In this document: positions 16,965 to 25,799 of the stretch, in pieces
Position numbering within the stretch: position 1 is the first letter of the stretch
Layout of the letters: each line of letters starts with the position of its first letter
From: Microgenomates group bacterium GW2011_GWF2_46_18
Lineage (GTDB): Bacteria; Patescibacteriota; Microgenomatia; UBA1400; UBA12108
Assembly: GCA_001002415.1 (NCBI GenBank)
Contig: LCMB01000004.1
Location: forward strand, 13-64,012
Direction: 5' to 3'
Length of the DNA stretch: 64,000 nt
Notes under the pieces: model-generated
What the model was told of the DNA's origin: nothing
Seen by the model: only the letters and a program-made list of their open reading frames with translations
Databases searched by the model: none
Translations under genes and position numbers: made by a program

Positions 16965-18802
16965 AGAGGATGGCGGGGGTGATACTGCTACTAATCGGGC
17001 TGTGGCTGGGGGCAAACAAAAGTGTGAACGCGCTAGATTGTACACAGAACTCGGTAACTTGTTTGCAGTGGGATTCTGATAATGATGAATGTGGATCATC
17101 GAATGGAGATGTGGCAGCGTGTGTGGAATCGGGGACTAGCTGTGACTGGAGTTATAACCAAAGTTTGTTGGATTGTGGAATGTGTATGCCACATGGAGCA
17201 CAGTGTTATGACAAGGATATACCACTGCCGTCGGGAGCGACACCAGCCCCGACCTCAACCCCGGGAGTGGCATGCGGGGATAGTACTTTCCCAGCTTGTA
17301 ATGGGTCGTGTGCGGGATCAAATGTATGTAAGTCGATTTATGTGAGCAGTTCCTGTGAGTGCGGGCCTGCAACAGGTTGTGCTGATTATGTCCCGACCCC
17401 CAACATCCTGGCTACGGCGCGGCTTACCCCCACTTCTGCCCGATTTCGCTGGAGTCCAATTGATACCCAAAAGTACCCCTATGTAGAGCGGATTGCGTTG
17501 ATCGTGGAGGAGACTGCCGCCAATTTAAATACTTGTATGACAGCGGCTATTCGAGGTGATGCGAGCTCTGTTTGTAACGTTTACCAACCAAATTTGGCGG
17601 TGAGTGCCACTAGCTACACGGCCACCGGAGCATTGGTGGCGGGGACGGAGTATGAGGTGAGAGTAATATTTATTACCTTTGACCCTCCTGGACTACTACC
17701 AGTATGTATTAATAGTGATAGGATTGACTATTTGTCTTCGTGTGAACTAACACCAGACCCCACGACCATAGAGGTGGGGGAAACACAGTTGTTAACAACC
17801 AATCTGGTTGCAAATACTTGGTATGTGAGCTACACCCGCGCACCAACGGCGTACGCGACGGTGACTACCCCGGACAACGCATTGCCTTACCGGACTACGG
17901 TTACCGGAGTGGCGGATGGGACTACCCTGGTTACAGGGAATGTATATACATATGCCACCCCACCGGTGCTGGCCTGTAGTGATACGGCTACTGTGACAGT
18001 GGGTACAGTGGTAGTGTCAGCTAACCCATGGTGGCAGACCATCGGGGGGAGTATCCACACGCAAAGGACGACGGGGACGGTGCTACGGTCACGGCTTCCA
18101 GCCGGAGAGTATTTGATCAAACGGGTGACTGGGGGGACATCGGGATTGTTGTCATACGGAGGGGGGACGGTGGTGCTTGTGGGTGGGACGGTGTCACAGG
18201 ATGGGTGGAAGGCCAAGTCGCTGTACACAGGCAAAACCATGAATTATGCGTATTTTGCCAAGAATATGGGGGTGGCAACAAGCGGGCAAGCCAAGGATTG
18301 GGCGGGAGATGCGATGACCAAGCCAGCCTACAATGCCAATAAAGTGTTCTATTACCAAGATCCAGTAGGAACGGCCAGTTTGGCGGCGGTGTGGAATGTG
18401 GCTAATGGGCAAAAGTATGTCGTATTTGTGAATGGGGATTTGGAGATAGACCAAAATATCAATGTGGCTCCCGGAGGATTTTTGGCCTTTATTGTCTCGG
18501 GTGAGATTACAGTGGACCCAGCGGTAACTTATATGGAAGGACTATTTGTTTCGAACGGCAATTTTTCCACGATTTCCAAGTATGTGGCGGGGGTGACCAA
18601 TGATAGTCGATTACTGGTTGAGGGGAGTGTGATAACTTGGGGGTCGATAGATTTGAACCGAAATTTGGGGGATGCAGCTAATGCGACTCTTCCGGCTGAA
18701 CAAGTTACCTATAGACCAGATCTACTAACTAATATGCCAGATAGGATGAAGAGTTTTGCTCTCGAGTGGAAGGAAGTGCCGGCGGGGACTTTTGGGGAAT
18801 AG
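16961..18802 (+). CDS. Secreted surface protein with a Cys-rich N-terminal region and FN3-like and Ig-like (Big_2-like) segments
   Basis: Signal peptide 'MKRMAGVILLLIGLWLGANKSVNA', then a Cys-rich stretch. 'ARFRWSPI..TSYTATGALVAGTEYEVRV' is FN3-like, and 'TIEVGETQLLTTN..TVTGVADGTTLVTG' is Big_2-like. Confidence 0.6.
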   Translation: MKRMAGVILLLIGLWLGANKSVNALDCTQNSVTCLQWDSDNDECGSSNGDVAACVESGTSCDWSYNQSLLDCGMCMPHGAQCYDKDIPLPSGATPAPTSTPGVACGDSTFPACNGSCAGSNVCKSIYVSSSCECGPATGCADYVPTPNILATARLTPTSARFRWSPIDTQKYPYVERIALIVEETAANLNTCMTAAIRGDASSVCNVYQPNLAVSATSYTATGALVAGTEYEVRVIFITFDPPGLLPVCINSDRIDYLSSCELTPDPTTIEVGETQLLTTNLVANTWYVSYTRAPTAYATVTTPDNALPYRTTVTGVADGTTLVTGNVYTYATPPVLACSDTATVTVGTVVVSANPWWQTIGGSIHTQRTTGTVLRSRLPAGEYLIKRVTGGTSGLLSYGGGTVVLVGGTVSQDGWKAKSLYTGKTMNYAYFAKNMGVATSGQAKDWAGDAMTKPAYNANKVFYYQDPVGTASLAAVWNVANGQKYVVFVNGDLEIDQNINVAPGGFLAFIVSGEITVDPAVTYMEGLFVSNGNFSTISKYVAGVTNDSRLLVEGSVITWGSIDLNRNLGDAANATLPAEQVTYRPDLLTNMPDRMKSFALEWKEVPAGTFGE

Positions 18803-18836
18803 GAAATAGAAAATAGGAATTAGGAAGTAGGAATAG
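18802..18836 (+). repeat. GGAAnnA heptad array (c), 5 units, intergenic
   Basis: GGAAATA GAAAATA GGAATTA GGAAGTA GGAATAG. It starts at the stop codon of the 613-aa gene. Confidence 0.85.
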
Positions 18837-19191
18837 AGAGTTTTGTGGTTTTGATTAGCCCAAATAACATTTTATATACTTCTTCCATGATAATTAGTAT
18901 TTTGTTGACTTCGGTTAGAGTTACATAACCCACATCTCTGGCTACGTACAATTGATTGCGTAATTCCGTTAGTGATCCTTTGGCTAAGTAGTAATACTGT
19001 CCTTTTTCCTTGGCAGTTTGTCTGCCAAATCCTTCGGCAATATTACTGGTTACAGATACAGCTGATCTTCTCATTTGATCACTTAAACCATATTGTTCAA
19101 ATTTCGGAAAATTACTGACTAATTGATAAATCATTACAACCATTGAATGTGCCTTTTGCCAAACCAATAAGTCTGTAAAATCTTTTACCAT
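18820..19191 (-). CDS. Four-helix-bundle protein (the '23S rRNA intervening-sequence protein' family)
   Basis: 'LLVWQKAH', 'RRSAVSVTSNIAEGFGR' and 'YLAKGSLTELRNQL' match the family signature as I know it. The gene is flanked by inverted heptad arrays (c) and (d). Confidence 0.75.
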   Translation of the reverse strand: MVKDFTDLLVWQKAHSMVVMIYQLVSNFPKFEQYGLSDQMRRSAVSVTSNIAEGFGRQTAKEKGQYYYLAKGSLTELRNQLYVARDVGYVTLTEVNKILIIMEEVYKMLFGLIKTTKLSIPTS

Positions 19192-19205
19192 AATTTATGT
19201 GTTAC

Positions 19206-19233
19206 TAATTCCTAGTTCCTGTTTCCTAATTCC
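19206..19233 (-). repeat. GGAAnnA heptad array (d), 4 units, intergenic, minus orientation
   Basis: The + strand reads TAATTCC TAGTTCC TGTTTCC TAATTCC. This is sense with respect to the minus-strand fic/4HB operon. Confidence 0.85.
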
Positions 19234-19430
19234 TAACTTAGATTGTTCGTGGAAATCATAAAGTAGGCGAGGATGATGATCAGAATAAAGACGGCGCCGA
19301 CGCTGACTCCGATCCAGCCCCGGGGTTCGTAGTTCATGATTTTTTGAACACCTTCACCAACCAAGACAAGACCAAACATGGAGGGGAGGATAAAGATCAT
19401 CATGAGAAGAGTGGGGTCGGTAAAGTTCAT
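19233..19430 (-). CDS. Small two-TM membrane protein
   Basis: 65 aa with two hydrophobic helices. Its start overlaps the fic stop in an ATGA arrangement. Confidence 0.5.
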   Translation of the reverse strand: MNFTDPTLLMMIFILPSMFGLVLVGEGVQKIMNYEPRGWIGVSVGAVFILIIILAYFMISTNNLS

Positions 19431-20476
19431 GGGTTTTTCAGTGAATATTTGGCGCCTTTGGTATTGCCGCGCCTGGTGAGTAAGCCTTTGTCGACCAGGT
19501 CACGGAGATCACGGAGGATGGTATCATCGGAAACGTCGGCTAGGAGATCGCGGGCCTCACCCATGCCCAGATGGGCGTATTTCTCTAAGTATTCAACCAA
19601 TTTGATTTGGCGGTCGGAGAGAGCAATTTGTTTGCCGCCGATGGTCTTTTTGAGGTGGAGGTCGAGAGAGAGCTTTTGGACTAGATTTTTGACGCGGGTA
19701 AACTCGGAACTAAGTCCCAGGACAAAGTATTCGAGCCAGGCTGTCAGGTTGCCCTCACTGGCTGATTGGAGGGCTTGGTAGTAGGAGGCGGGATCGGCAT
19801 CGTAGTATTCGTCGAGGCTAAAGAATTTTTTGAGTTCATAGCCTTCCAAAAAGAGGGAGAGGAGGCAGAGGGCACGAGTGGTTCGACCGTTACCGTCGGT
19901 AAAGGGGTGGATACGCACAAGCTCGTAGTGGAGGATCCCTGCGCGTAATAAGGGGTGGGTGGAGAGGCCAGCTGGGGAGGTGAGCCAGGAGAAGAATTCC
20001 CCAAGGTGATAGGGAATCTCGAGGGGGCTGGGGGGGCGAAAGGTAATTTCGCCGGTAGTGGTATTTCTAATCACGACTTTGACGGTGCGATAGTTACCGG
20101 CTTCACCGACCGGTAAGAGTTTGTCCATGGTGAGCTCGTGGAGGTGACGGAGCGAAGTTTCGGTCACGGGGGGAGCTGTATCGAGATAATCCATGACCCT
20201 TCTGTAGTTGACCACTTCTTGGACATCGCGCTCGAGCTTGGGGATACTGGCGGGGGAGGATTGGGGAGACACTAAGTGTTCGACCTCTTCCAAATTGAGG
20301 GCGTTACCTTCGAGGTGAGTGCCGTGGTGGATGGTACGGATTTTGGCTTCGCTTTGGAAGCGGCGCTCCCAGGCAGGGACCAAGGGAGCGGTAGTAATCA
20401 CTTCGCGGGCGGCGTCAACCGAGCCAACCAGGGTAAGGAGATGATTGGTAATAGTGTAGGTGGGAGAGTAGGTCAT
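19427..20476 (-). CDS. Fic-family protein (AMPylase-type) with a C-terminal wHTH-like tail
   Basis: Canonical Fic motif 'HPFTDGNGRTTR', matching HxFx(D/E)GNGRxxR. Confidence 0.85.
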   Translation of the reverse strand: MTYSPTYTITNHLLTLVGSVDAAREVITTAPLVPAWERRFQSEAKIRTIHHGTHLEGNALNLEEVEHLVSPQSSPASIPKLERDVQEVVNYRRVMDYLDTAPPVTETSLRHLHELTMDKLLPVGEAGNYRTVKVVIRNTTTGEITFRPPSPLEIPYHLGEFFSWLTSPAGLSTHPLLRAGILHYELVRIHPFTDGNGRTTRALCLLSLFLEGYELKKFFSLDEYYDADPASYYQALQSASEGNLTAWLEYFVLGLSSEFTRVKNLVQKLSLDLHLKKTIGGKQIALSDRQIKLVEYLEKYAHLGMGEARDLLADVSDDTILRDLRDLVDKGLLTRRGNTKGAKYSLKNP

Positions 20477-20574
20477 AGGTTGATTAACGCACTTTTTGCG
20501 GTAATTAGCAAGGAGTTGACGAGCTGAATCAAAGTGTCATACTGGAAATTACGCATTATTTATAAGGAGGGGTT

Positions 20575-21264
20575 ATGGCAAAAAAGAAAGCAATGAAAAT
20601 TAATCAGAAATGGTTGCTTGTAGGGGCGATTATTTTGGGATTTGCGATATGGTGGGGGTGGAAGATGACAGCTCAAGAAGCACAAGTAGCGCTGATTGCG
20701 CAACCCGTACCATCAGCTAGCCCGGTTGCGTTGGGTTCTTGGGGGTTTGGAGCGGAGACGATGAAGTCAATGATTAATTCAAAGGGAGCGGGAGTGCAAC
20801 CAGTAGCAGGAACAAGTGTGTGGAAGTCATCGCTAGTTTACAAAATTGATAAGGATAAATTAACGGCAAGAGTGGCAAAGTTAGCGAATTTTTGTATGAC
20901 TTACCGCTCGCCGGTGCAACAGGTTTATAACCCAAATCAAATTTATCAGTTTAATCTGAAAGGGAGGATAACTCCGATTGTGCAGTCAGTAACTCCACGG
21001 GCCGGTGAGGTAGAAAAGCGAGAATGGACGGTGACCATGATGGATATACGACAACAAATCTTGGCACAAGGAACCGTAAATGTCGCGGTGTCTACGAGTC
21101 CAACTTATCAACCTGTAGTTACTAAGGTTGGGCTAGAGCCAGTAGAGAAATTGGATGTAACGGCGGTTCGTAAGTATATGTTTATCAAGTTTTGTTTGGA
21201 CAAATCACCCAACACGAACGTAAATGTTGGGTTGACGAGTCTTGAGCTAGTACGACAAGATTGA
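20575..21264 (+). CDS. Hypothetical membrane-anchored protein
   Basis: An AAGGAGGGG Shine-Dalgarno lies upstream. N-terminal TM helix 'WLLVGAIILGFAIWWGW'. No family recognised. Confidence 0.5.
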   Translation: MAKKKAMKINQKWLLVGAIILGFAIWWGWKMTAQEAQVALIAQPVPSASPVALGSWGFGAETMKSMINSKGAGVQPVAGTSVWKSSLVYKIDKDKLTARVAKLANFCMTYRSPVQQVYNPNQIYQFNLKGRITPIVQSVTPRAGEVEKREWTVTMMDIRQQILAQGTVNVAVSTSPTYQPVVTKVGLEPVEKLDVTAVRKYMFIKFCLDKSPNTNVNVGLTSLELVRQD

Positions 21265-21278
21265 GATAGAATAGGGGT

Positions 21279-23042
21279 ATGAAATGGAGTGAGCTGACAA
21301 GCGTATTTGCGCGGATTGAAGGGACATCTTTACGCAATACCAAGACCGAGATTTTGGCGGAACTTTTGCGGAGGGCAAGTTATTCAGAGGTAGATAAACT
21401 GGTGTATTTGGCACTTGGGGAGTTACGTCCCAAGTATGACAAACTTGAGTTTAATCTGGCAGAGAAGATGATTCTTAGGGCGATCGCTTTGGCGGCGGGG
21501 AAAACGATTAGTGAAGTGAGCCAGGAGTATAAACGAATCGGTGATTTGGGAGAGTTGGCGGGAATGATAGGAAAGAGGAAAGAGGAAAGAGGAATTAGGG
21601 AAGTGTATAGAGAATTGGAAAAGATTGCACAAGAGAGTGGAAAGGGGAGCCAGGAGAGAAAAATTGCGGGACTGGCAAAGTTGATCAAGGAGGTGGGAGG
21701 CGAGGGGGCAAAATATGTCGTACGAATAGTGGCGGGAAAGCTCAGGCTTGGGTTTAGTGATAAGACGGTATTGGATGCCATCAGTTATCTGGAAGCGGGA
21801 AGTAAGGAATATAGCGAAGCTTTGGATCGAGTCTACCAAGTTCGACCGGATGTGGGAGTATTGGTCAAAACAGTGAAGGAAAAGGGGGTGAAGGCAGCCA
21901 TGGGGGAGACTAGCGTAGTGGTTGGGACTCCGATCATGCCGGCGTTGGCCCAGCGACTCAAGACTGCCAAGGAGATGATTGAGAAGATGGGACGGGTGAT
22001 GGTCGAGAAAAAATTTGATGGGACAAGGGTGCAAATTCATTTTTCGCGAAGCGAAAATAAGGGAATTAGGAAACAGGAATTAGGAATTAGTCAGAACAGG
22101 ATGTTTGAGGAAGAGAAACCTAAGTTTTGGGTCAGGAGTTTTACCCGCAATTTGGATGAAAGTTCAGCGATGTTTCCTGAGTTGCAACAAATTGGGGAAC
22201 AGATCGCGGCCGATGAAGTAATCCTGGACTCGGAGGCGGTGGGGTATGAGCCTGCAACTGGCAAACTGGTCCCATTCCAGTTGACGATCACCCGCAAACG
22301 TAAACACGGGGTGGGAGAGGCCCAAAATGCCGTGCCCCTCCGGTTTTTTGTCTTTGACATTATGTATTTGAATGGAAAAAGTTTGATCCAGTTACCTTTG
22401 AGTGAACGCCGAAAGATTTTAGCGAGAGTGATAAAGAGGGGACAAGTGTTAGAGGTAGATGATTACATCGAGACGGATGACCCAAATCAGTTGCGGGAGT
22501 TTCACAAACAACAGTTAAGTTTGGGACTAGAGGGAGTACTGGTAAAACAGATCGATGGCGAGTATATGCCGGGGCGGACCGGCTTTAACTGGGTTAAGTT
22601 CAAGGAGGCGGAGGACTCGCGAGCTAAGCTTGCGGATACCTTGGATTTGGTGGTGATGGGATACTACCTTGGGAAGGGAAAACGCCGAGGATTTGGGTTG
22701 GGAGCATTTTTGGTGGGAGTTAGGGAGGGAGAGGAAATTGTGACAATTGCCAAAGTAGGAACGGGGATTAGTGATAAACAATTTGGGGAATTGTACGAGA
22801 GATTAAAAAAGATTGAAGTTAAACGAGCAATACCAGAATATAAGGTGGCAAAAAATTTAATACCGGACGTGTGGGTAGAACCAGAAATTGTGGTCGAAGT
22901 GGCGGCAGATGAGATCACCAAATCCCCCGCGCACAGTGCGGGTTATGCCTTGAGATTCCCGAGGCTAGTTAGATTCCGCGAGGATAAAAGTGTCAAGGAA
23001 ATCACGACTTTGGATGAAGTTACAGCCATGATTGGTATATAG
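21279..23042 (+). CDS. lig: ATP-dependent DNA ligase (archaeal/eukaryotic-type)
   Basis: Adenylation motif I 'EKKFDGTR', then 'LDSEAV', 'FVFDIMYLNG', 'EGVLVK' and 'WVKFK'. It carries two heptad arrays, (e) and (f). Confidence 0.85.
   Translation: MKWSELTSVFARIEGTSLRNTKTEILAELLRRASYSEVDKLVYLALGELRPKYDKLEFNLAEKMILRAIALAAGKTISEVSQEYKRIGDLGELAGMIGKRKEERGIREVYRELEKIAQESGKGSQERKIAGLAKLIKEVGGEGAKYVVRIVAGKLRLGFSDKTVLDAISYLEAGSKEYSEALDRVYQVRPDVGVLVKTVKEKGVKAAMGETSVVVGTPIMPALAQRLKTAKEMIEKMGRVMVEKKFDGTRVQIHFSRSENKGIRKQELGISQNRMFEEEKPKFWVRSFTRNLDESSAMFPELQQIGEQIAADEVILDSEAVGYEPATGKLVPFQLTITRKRKHGVGEAQNAVPLRFFVFDIMYLNGKSLIQLPLSERRKILARVIKRGQVLEVDDYIETDDPNQLREFHKQQLSLGLEGVLVKQIDGEYMPGRTGFNWVKFKEAEDSRAKLADTLDLVVMGYYLGKGKRRGFGLGAFLVGVREGEEIVTIAKVGTGISDKQFGELYERLKKIEVKRAIPEYKVAKNLIPDVWVEPEIVVEVAADEITKSPAHSAGYALRFPRLVRFREDKSVKEITTLDEVTAMIGI
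21561..21597 (+). repeat. GGAAnnA heptad array (e), 5 units, inside the DNA ligase
   Basis: GGAATGA-ta-GGAAAGA GGAAAGA GGAAAGA GGAATTA, translated 'GMIGKRKEERGIRE'. Confidence 0.8.
22062..22089 (+). repeat. GGAAnnA heptad array (f), 4 units, inside the DNA ligase
   Basis: GGAATTA GGAAACA GGAATTA GGAATTA, translated 'GIRKQELGIS'. Confidence 0.85.
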
Positions 23043-23049
23043 TGAGAAC

Positions 23050-24240
23050 ATGAGAAGTTGGTACAAAAATATTGACGGAGTGCACGCTTTTTACGCCAAC
23101 GGGCTTTTGAGATCTTTGTTCATGTCGATGACATCGATATATGTTCCACTGTTTATTTATTCAGTGGGAATGGGGATCTGGGGGAGTTGGCAAGCGGCAC
23201 TATGGTTGGTCGCGGCATATTATATTCTCCAGCGATTGGTGGTAGTTATAATAGTTTTTCCTTTGTCAAAATTGATCGAACAGATTGGGTTCCGCCGCAG
23301 TATTAGTCTGTCGGTGTTCTTTTTGATCGCCTACACGGTGAGTTTGCTACTGGTTAAGCAGGACACTAGTTGGTTGTGGGTTTCGGCAGTTTGCGGAGGG
23401 TTACAGATCCCAATGTATTGGATTTCCCGGGATTCGGCTTTGTCACAAGATATTGAGGGTAAAACAATGGGGAGAAGGATAGCTTATATTGCAGTTCTGG
23501 AGAATATCGCGAGTTTGCTGGGGCCGTTTGTGGGAGGAACAATTGTGGCTCTCTCGGGATACTCGACCCTCTTTGGGGTGACTCTAGCGATATTGGCACT
23601 CTCGATTATTCCATTGTGGTGGATGCCTGGTCATACCCATAAAAATGGAGTGAGCTTGGCTGGTTTTGGCTATTTTTTGCGAACTAAGAGATATTTGCAC
23701 CAGGCAGTGGCTAATGTGGGAATCGCGGTAAATGATTACGGCAATGGGGTCATTTGGCCGCTCATTTTGTTTTTCCAAGGAATCCGCGATGAGAAAATAG
23801 GGATAATCTATAGCGTAGTGGCGGTTTTGGCGGTAGCGATACAGTACATAACGGGTCCCTGGTTTGATAAACTGCGGGCGAGAAAAGATTATGCGGATGA
23901 GGGAATATTTGGATTGGCTACTGCCGGAATTGCCATCATTTGGGTAGCAAGATTTTTCGTGAAGGGAATTGCACAAGTGTTGCCAGTGGATATGGGACGC
24001 CAACTGTTTAGTAGCGTTCATGCCAATTTTTTCTCGGATTACTTACATTTGGGGGGGAAGCGGATGGACTCGATTGCCTATTGGGTGTATATCGAAATCA
24101 TGTATTCGCTGGGGGCGATAGGAATATTTGGAATTATGGCGATGGGAGTATATTGGGGCATCTGGAAAGAATTGGTACTTGTTAGTATTGCCTTGTGGAG
24201 TTTGGCAACTTTATTGATCGCCAAGGAATCGAATTTATGA
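23050..24240 (+). CDS. Multi-pass membrane transporter (MFS-like)
   Basis: About 12 hydrophobic segments. ATG 23050 lies 8 nt after a TGGTATATA -10-like box. The family assignment is tentative. Confidence 0.45.
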   Translation: MRSWYKNIDGVHAFYANGLLRSLFMSMTSIYVPLFIYSVGMGIWGSWQAALWLVAAYYILQRLVVVIIVFPLSKLIEQIGFRRSISLSVFFLIAYTVSLLLVKQDTSWLWVSAVCGGLQIPMYWISRDSALSQDIEGKTMGRRIAYIAVLENIASLLGPFVGGTIVALSGYSTLFGVTLAILALSIIPLWWMPGHTHKNGVSLAGFGYFLRTKRYLHQAVANVGIAVNDYGNGVIWPLILFFQGIRDEKIGIIYSVVAVLAVAIQYITGPWFDKLRARKDYADEGIFGLATAGIAIIWVARFFVKGIAQVLPVDMGRQLFSSVHANFFSDYLHLGGKRMDSIAYWVYIEIMYSLGAIGIFGIMAMGVYWGIWKELVLVSIALWSLATLLIAKESNL

Positions 24241-24527
24241 CCAAAACGATAAATCAGCCGACACTGCTCTCGGATATTTTGGCGAAGTACGAGGTCAAAA
24301 AGGATGGGAAGTATATTTCACAAGAGTTTCAGGATTACGGGTACCGGTTGGCAGTTGATTTGGATGATTTGGCGCACAAATCACTCTACATCCGCTTGGC
24401 CAAGACGATCCCCCGGGCGGTACTGGAGGCCGCCAGAGCTTTTGCGGTGGATGCTTCTCAGGCGCGCAGCCGAGCAAGGATGTTTATGTGGAAGATGAAG
24501 GAAATTCGTAGTAGAGTGAAGGTATGA
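24237..24527 (+). CDS. Hypothetical protein
   Basis: ATG 24237 overlaps the upstream stop (ATGA). 96 aa. No family recognised. Confidence 0.45.
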   Translation: MTKTINQPTLLSDILAKYEVKKDGKYISQEFQDYGYRLAVDLDDLAHKSLYIRLAKTIPRAVLEAARAFAVDASQARSRARMFMWKMKEIRSRVKV

Positions 24528-25084
24528 AACGGTATGTCCTGTCCCATGTGCCGATGGCGGTTGTGTATGGGTTATTAGTGTTTGTGGTTCGAGCAGAGTG
24601 GAGTAATCTGGAATGGGCAAATATTTTCCCTTGGGGAGGATGGGTAGTGGGGGTCATAATCGGGGTACTGGTTTTGTTTTTGGATCGCGTGGTATATACC
24701 TATAGCTACCCCGGAGCTCAGATTTCCCAACAGTTTGCGTGGTACATCCAACAAAGGAAATATGGGAGTGCTTTGTCACTACTGGACGTGAGACGAATGG
24801 AGCAGGAGAGGCTAACTTTTCGTTCGGCATTATTTATGGCGATTTGGGTGCCACTAGCTTTTTTTGCCTTGACTTCGACCGGAGGACTATTTGGGAAAGG
24901 GGTGGTGATGGGGCTGATGCTCCATATTTTGATGGATGCATGGAGGTTGCAGCGAACTGAACCGAGAAGGTTGCATGTAAGACTGTTTTGGCTGATTAAA
25001 CGAGAGATCTTGGATGAGGAGAGACTGGTGTTTTTGTGGGTGATGACAGGGATTTTTGGGTTGTTTAGTTTTTGGGTGAGATAG
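24524..25084 (+). CDS. Hypothetical integral membrane protein
   Basis: Its start overlaps the upstream stop. It has several hydrophobic helices. Confidence 0.5.
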   Translation: MKRYVLSHVPMAVVYGLLVFVVRAEWSNLEWANIFPWGGWVVGVIIGVLVLFLDRVVYTYSYPGAQISQQFAWYIQQRKYGSALSLLDVRRMEQERLTFRSALFMAIWVPLAFFALTSTGGLFGKGVVMGLMLHILMDAWRLQRTEPRRLHVRLFWLIKREILDEERLVFLWVMTGIFGLFSFWVR

Positions 25085-25201
25085 TCATTACAAACAGTCG
25101 ATGTTATTTTGCAGTGCTCACATCGTCATCTGGCTGCCCAGATGGATGGCTCCGCGCTGAAAATTACATCTCCTCTTTGTGGTGTTATACAATCTGGATA
25201 T

Positions 25202-25720
25202 ATGAGTATGTATGGACTGATTGTGGGGGGGGCGGTAGCGGTCTGGTGGAGCTGGGTAGAAAGAATCGAGCCGAGAGCAAAGAAAGTAGTCCCGTGGGTG
25301 ATTGTGGCGGCCTTAATTGGGGCAAGAGTCTACCACGTGATAGATCAGTGGGACTATTACGCGCAGGACTGGGGGCGCATCTTACAGGTTTGGAACGGAG
25401 GATTATCGATTTGGGGGGCTGTCGGGGCGGGACTATTGGTCTTATGGCTAGGAATTAGGAAAGAGGAATTAGAAAATAGGCGAGCAATAATCGCAGCTTT
25501 TATTACACCGCTACCTCTTGCACAGGCGATAGGGCGATTGGCGAATGGCTTCAATGGGGAGTTTACCAATCTGGTAGGGGGGATTCCCTGGTGGGCGATG
25601 GAAGCTATTTTGGATTTGGCGTTGTTTGGAATAGTATGGCTCGTCGAGAAAAAGTGGCGGATTTGGGTGTACGCTGGCGGGTATTTGCTCATTCGACTAG
25701 TATTACAGCCTTACAGGTAG
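25202..25720 (+). CDS. lgt: Prolipoprotein diacylglyceryl transferase (short form)
   Basis: 'GGLSIWGAVGAG' and 'AIGRLANGFNGEF' match the Lgt signature GR.GNF.NgE. ATG 25202 lies 8 nt after a TATACAAT box. It contains heptad array (g). Confidence 0.65.
   Translation: MSMYGLIVGGAVAVWWSWVERIEPRAKKVVPWVIVAALIGARVYHVIDQWDYYAQDWGRILQVWNGGLSIWGAVGAGLLVLWLGIRKEELENRRAIIAAFITPLPLAQAIGRLANGFNGEFTNLVGGIPWWAMEAILDLALFGIVWLVEKKWRIWVYAGGYLLIRLVLQPYR
25451..25478 (+). repeat. GGAAnnA heptad array (g), 4 units, inside lgt
   Basis: GGAATTA GGAAAGA GGAATTA GAAAATA, translated 'GIRKEELENR'. Confidence 0.85.
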
Positions 25721-25799
25721 TAGGATCGAACGTATGAATGGGGAGTGTACGCGACTAGCGTGTTATTTGCAGGGAAGGGAAGGGGTTTTGTCACTCCCG

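Noticed and set aside
25072-25458. A 128-aa alternative-frame ORF overlapping the lgt start region.
   Set aside because: The overlapping frame contains the Lgt signature motifs, and this frame has none.
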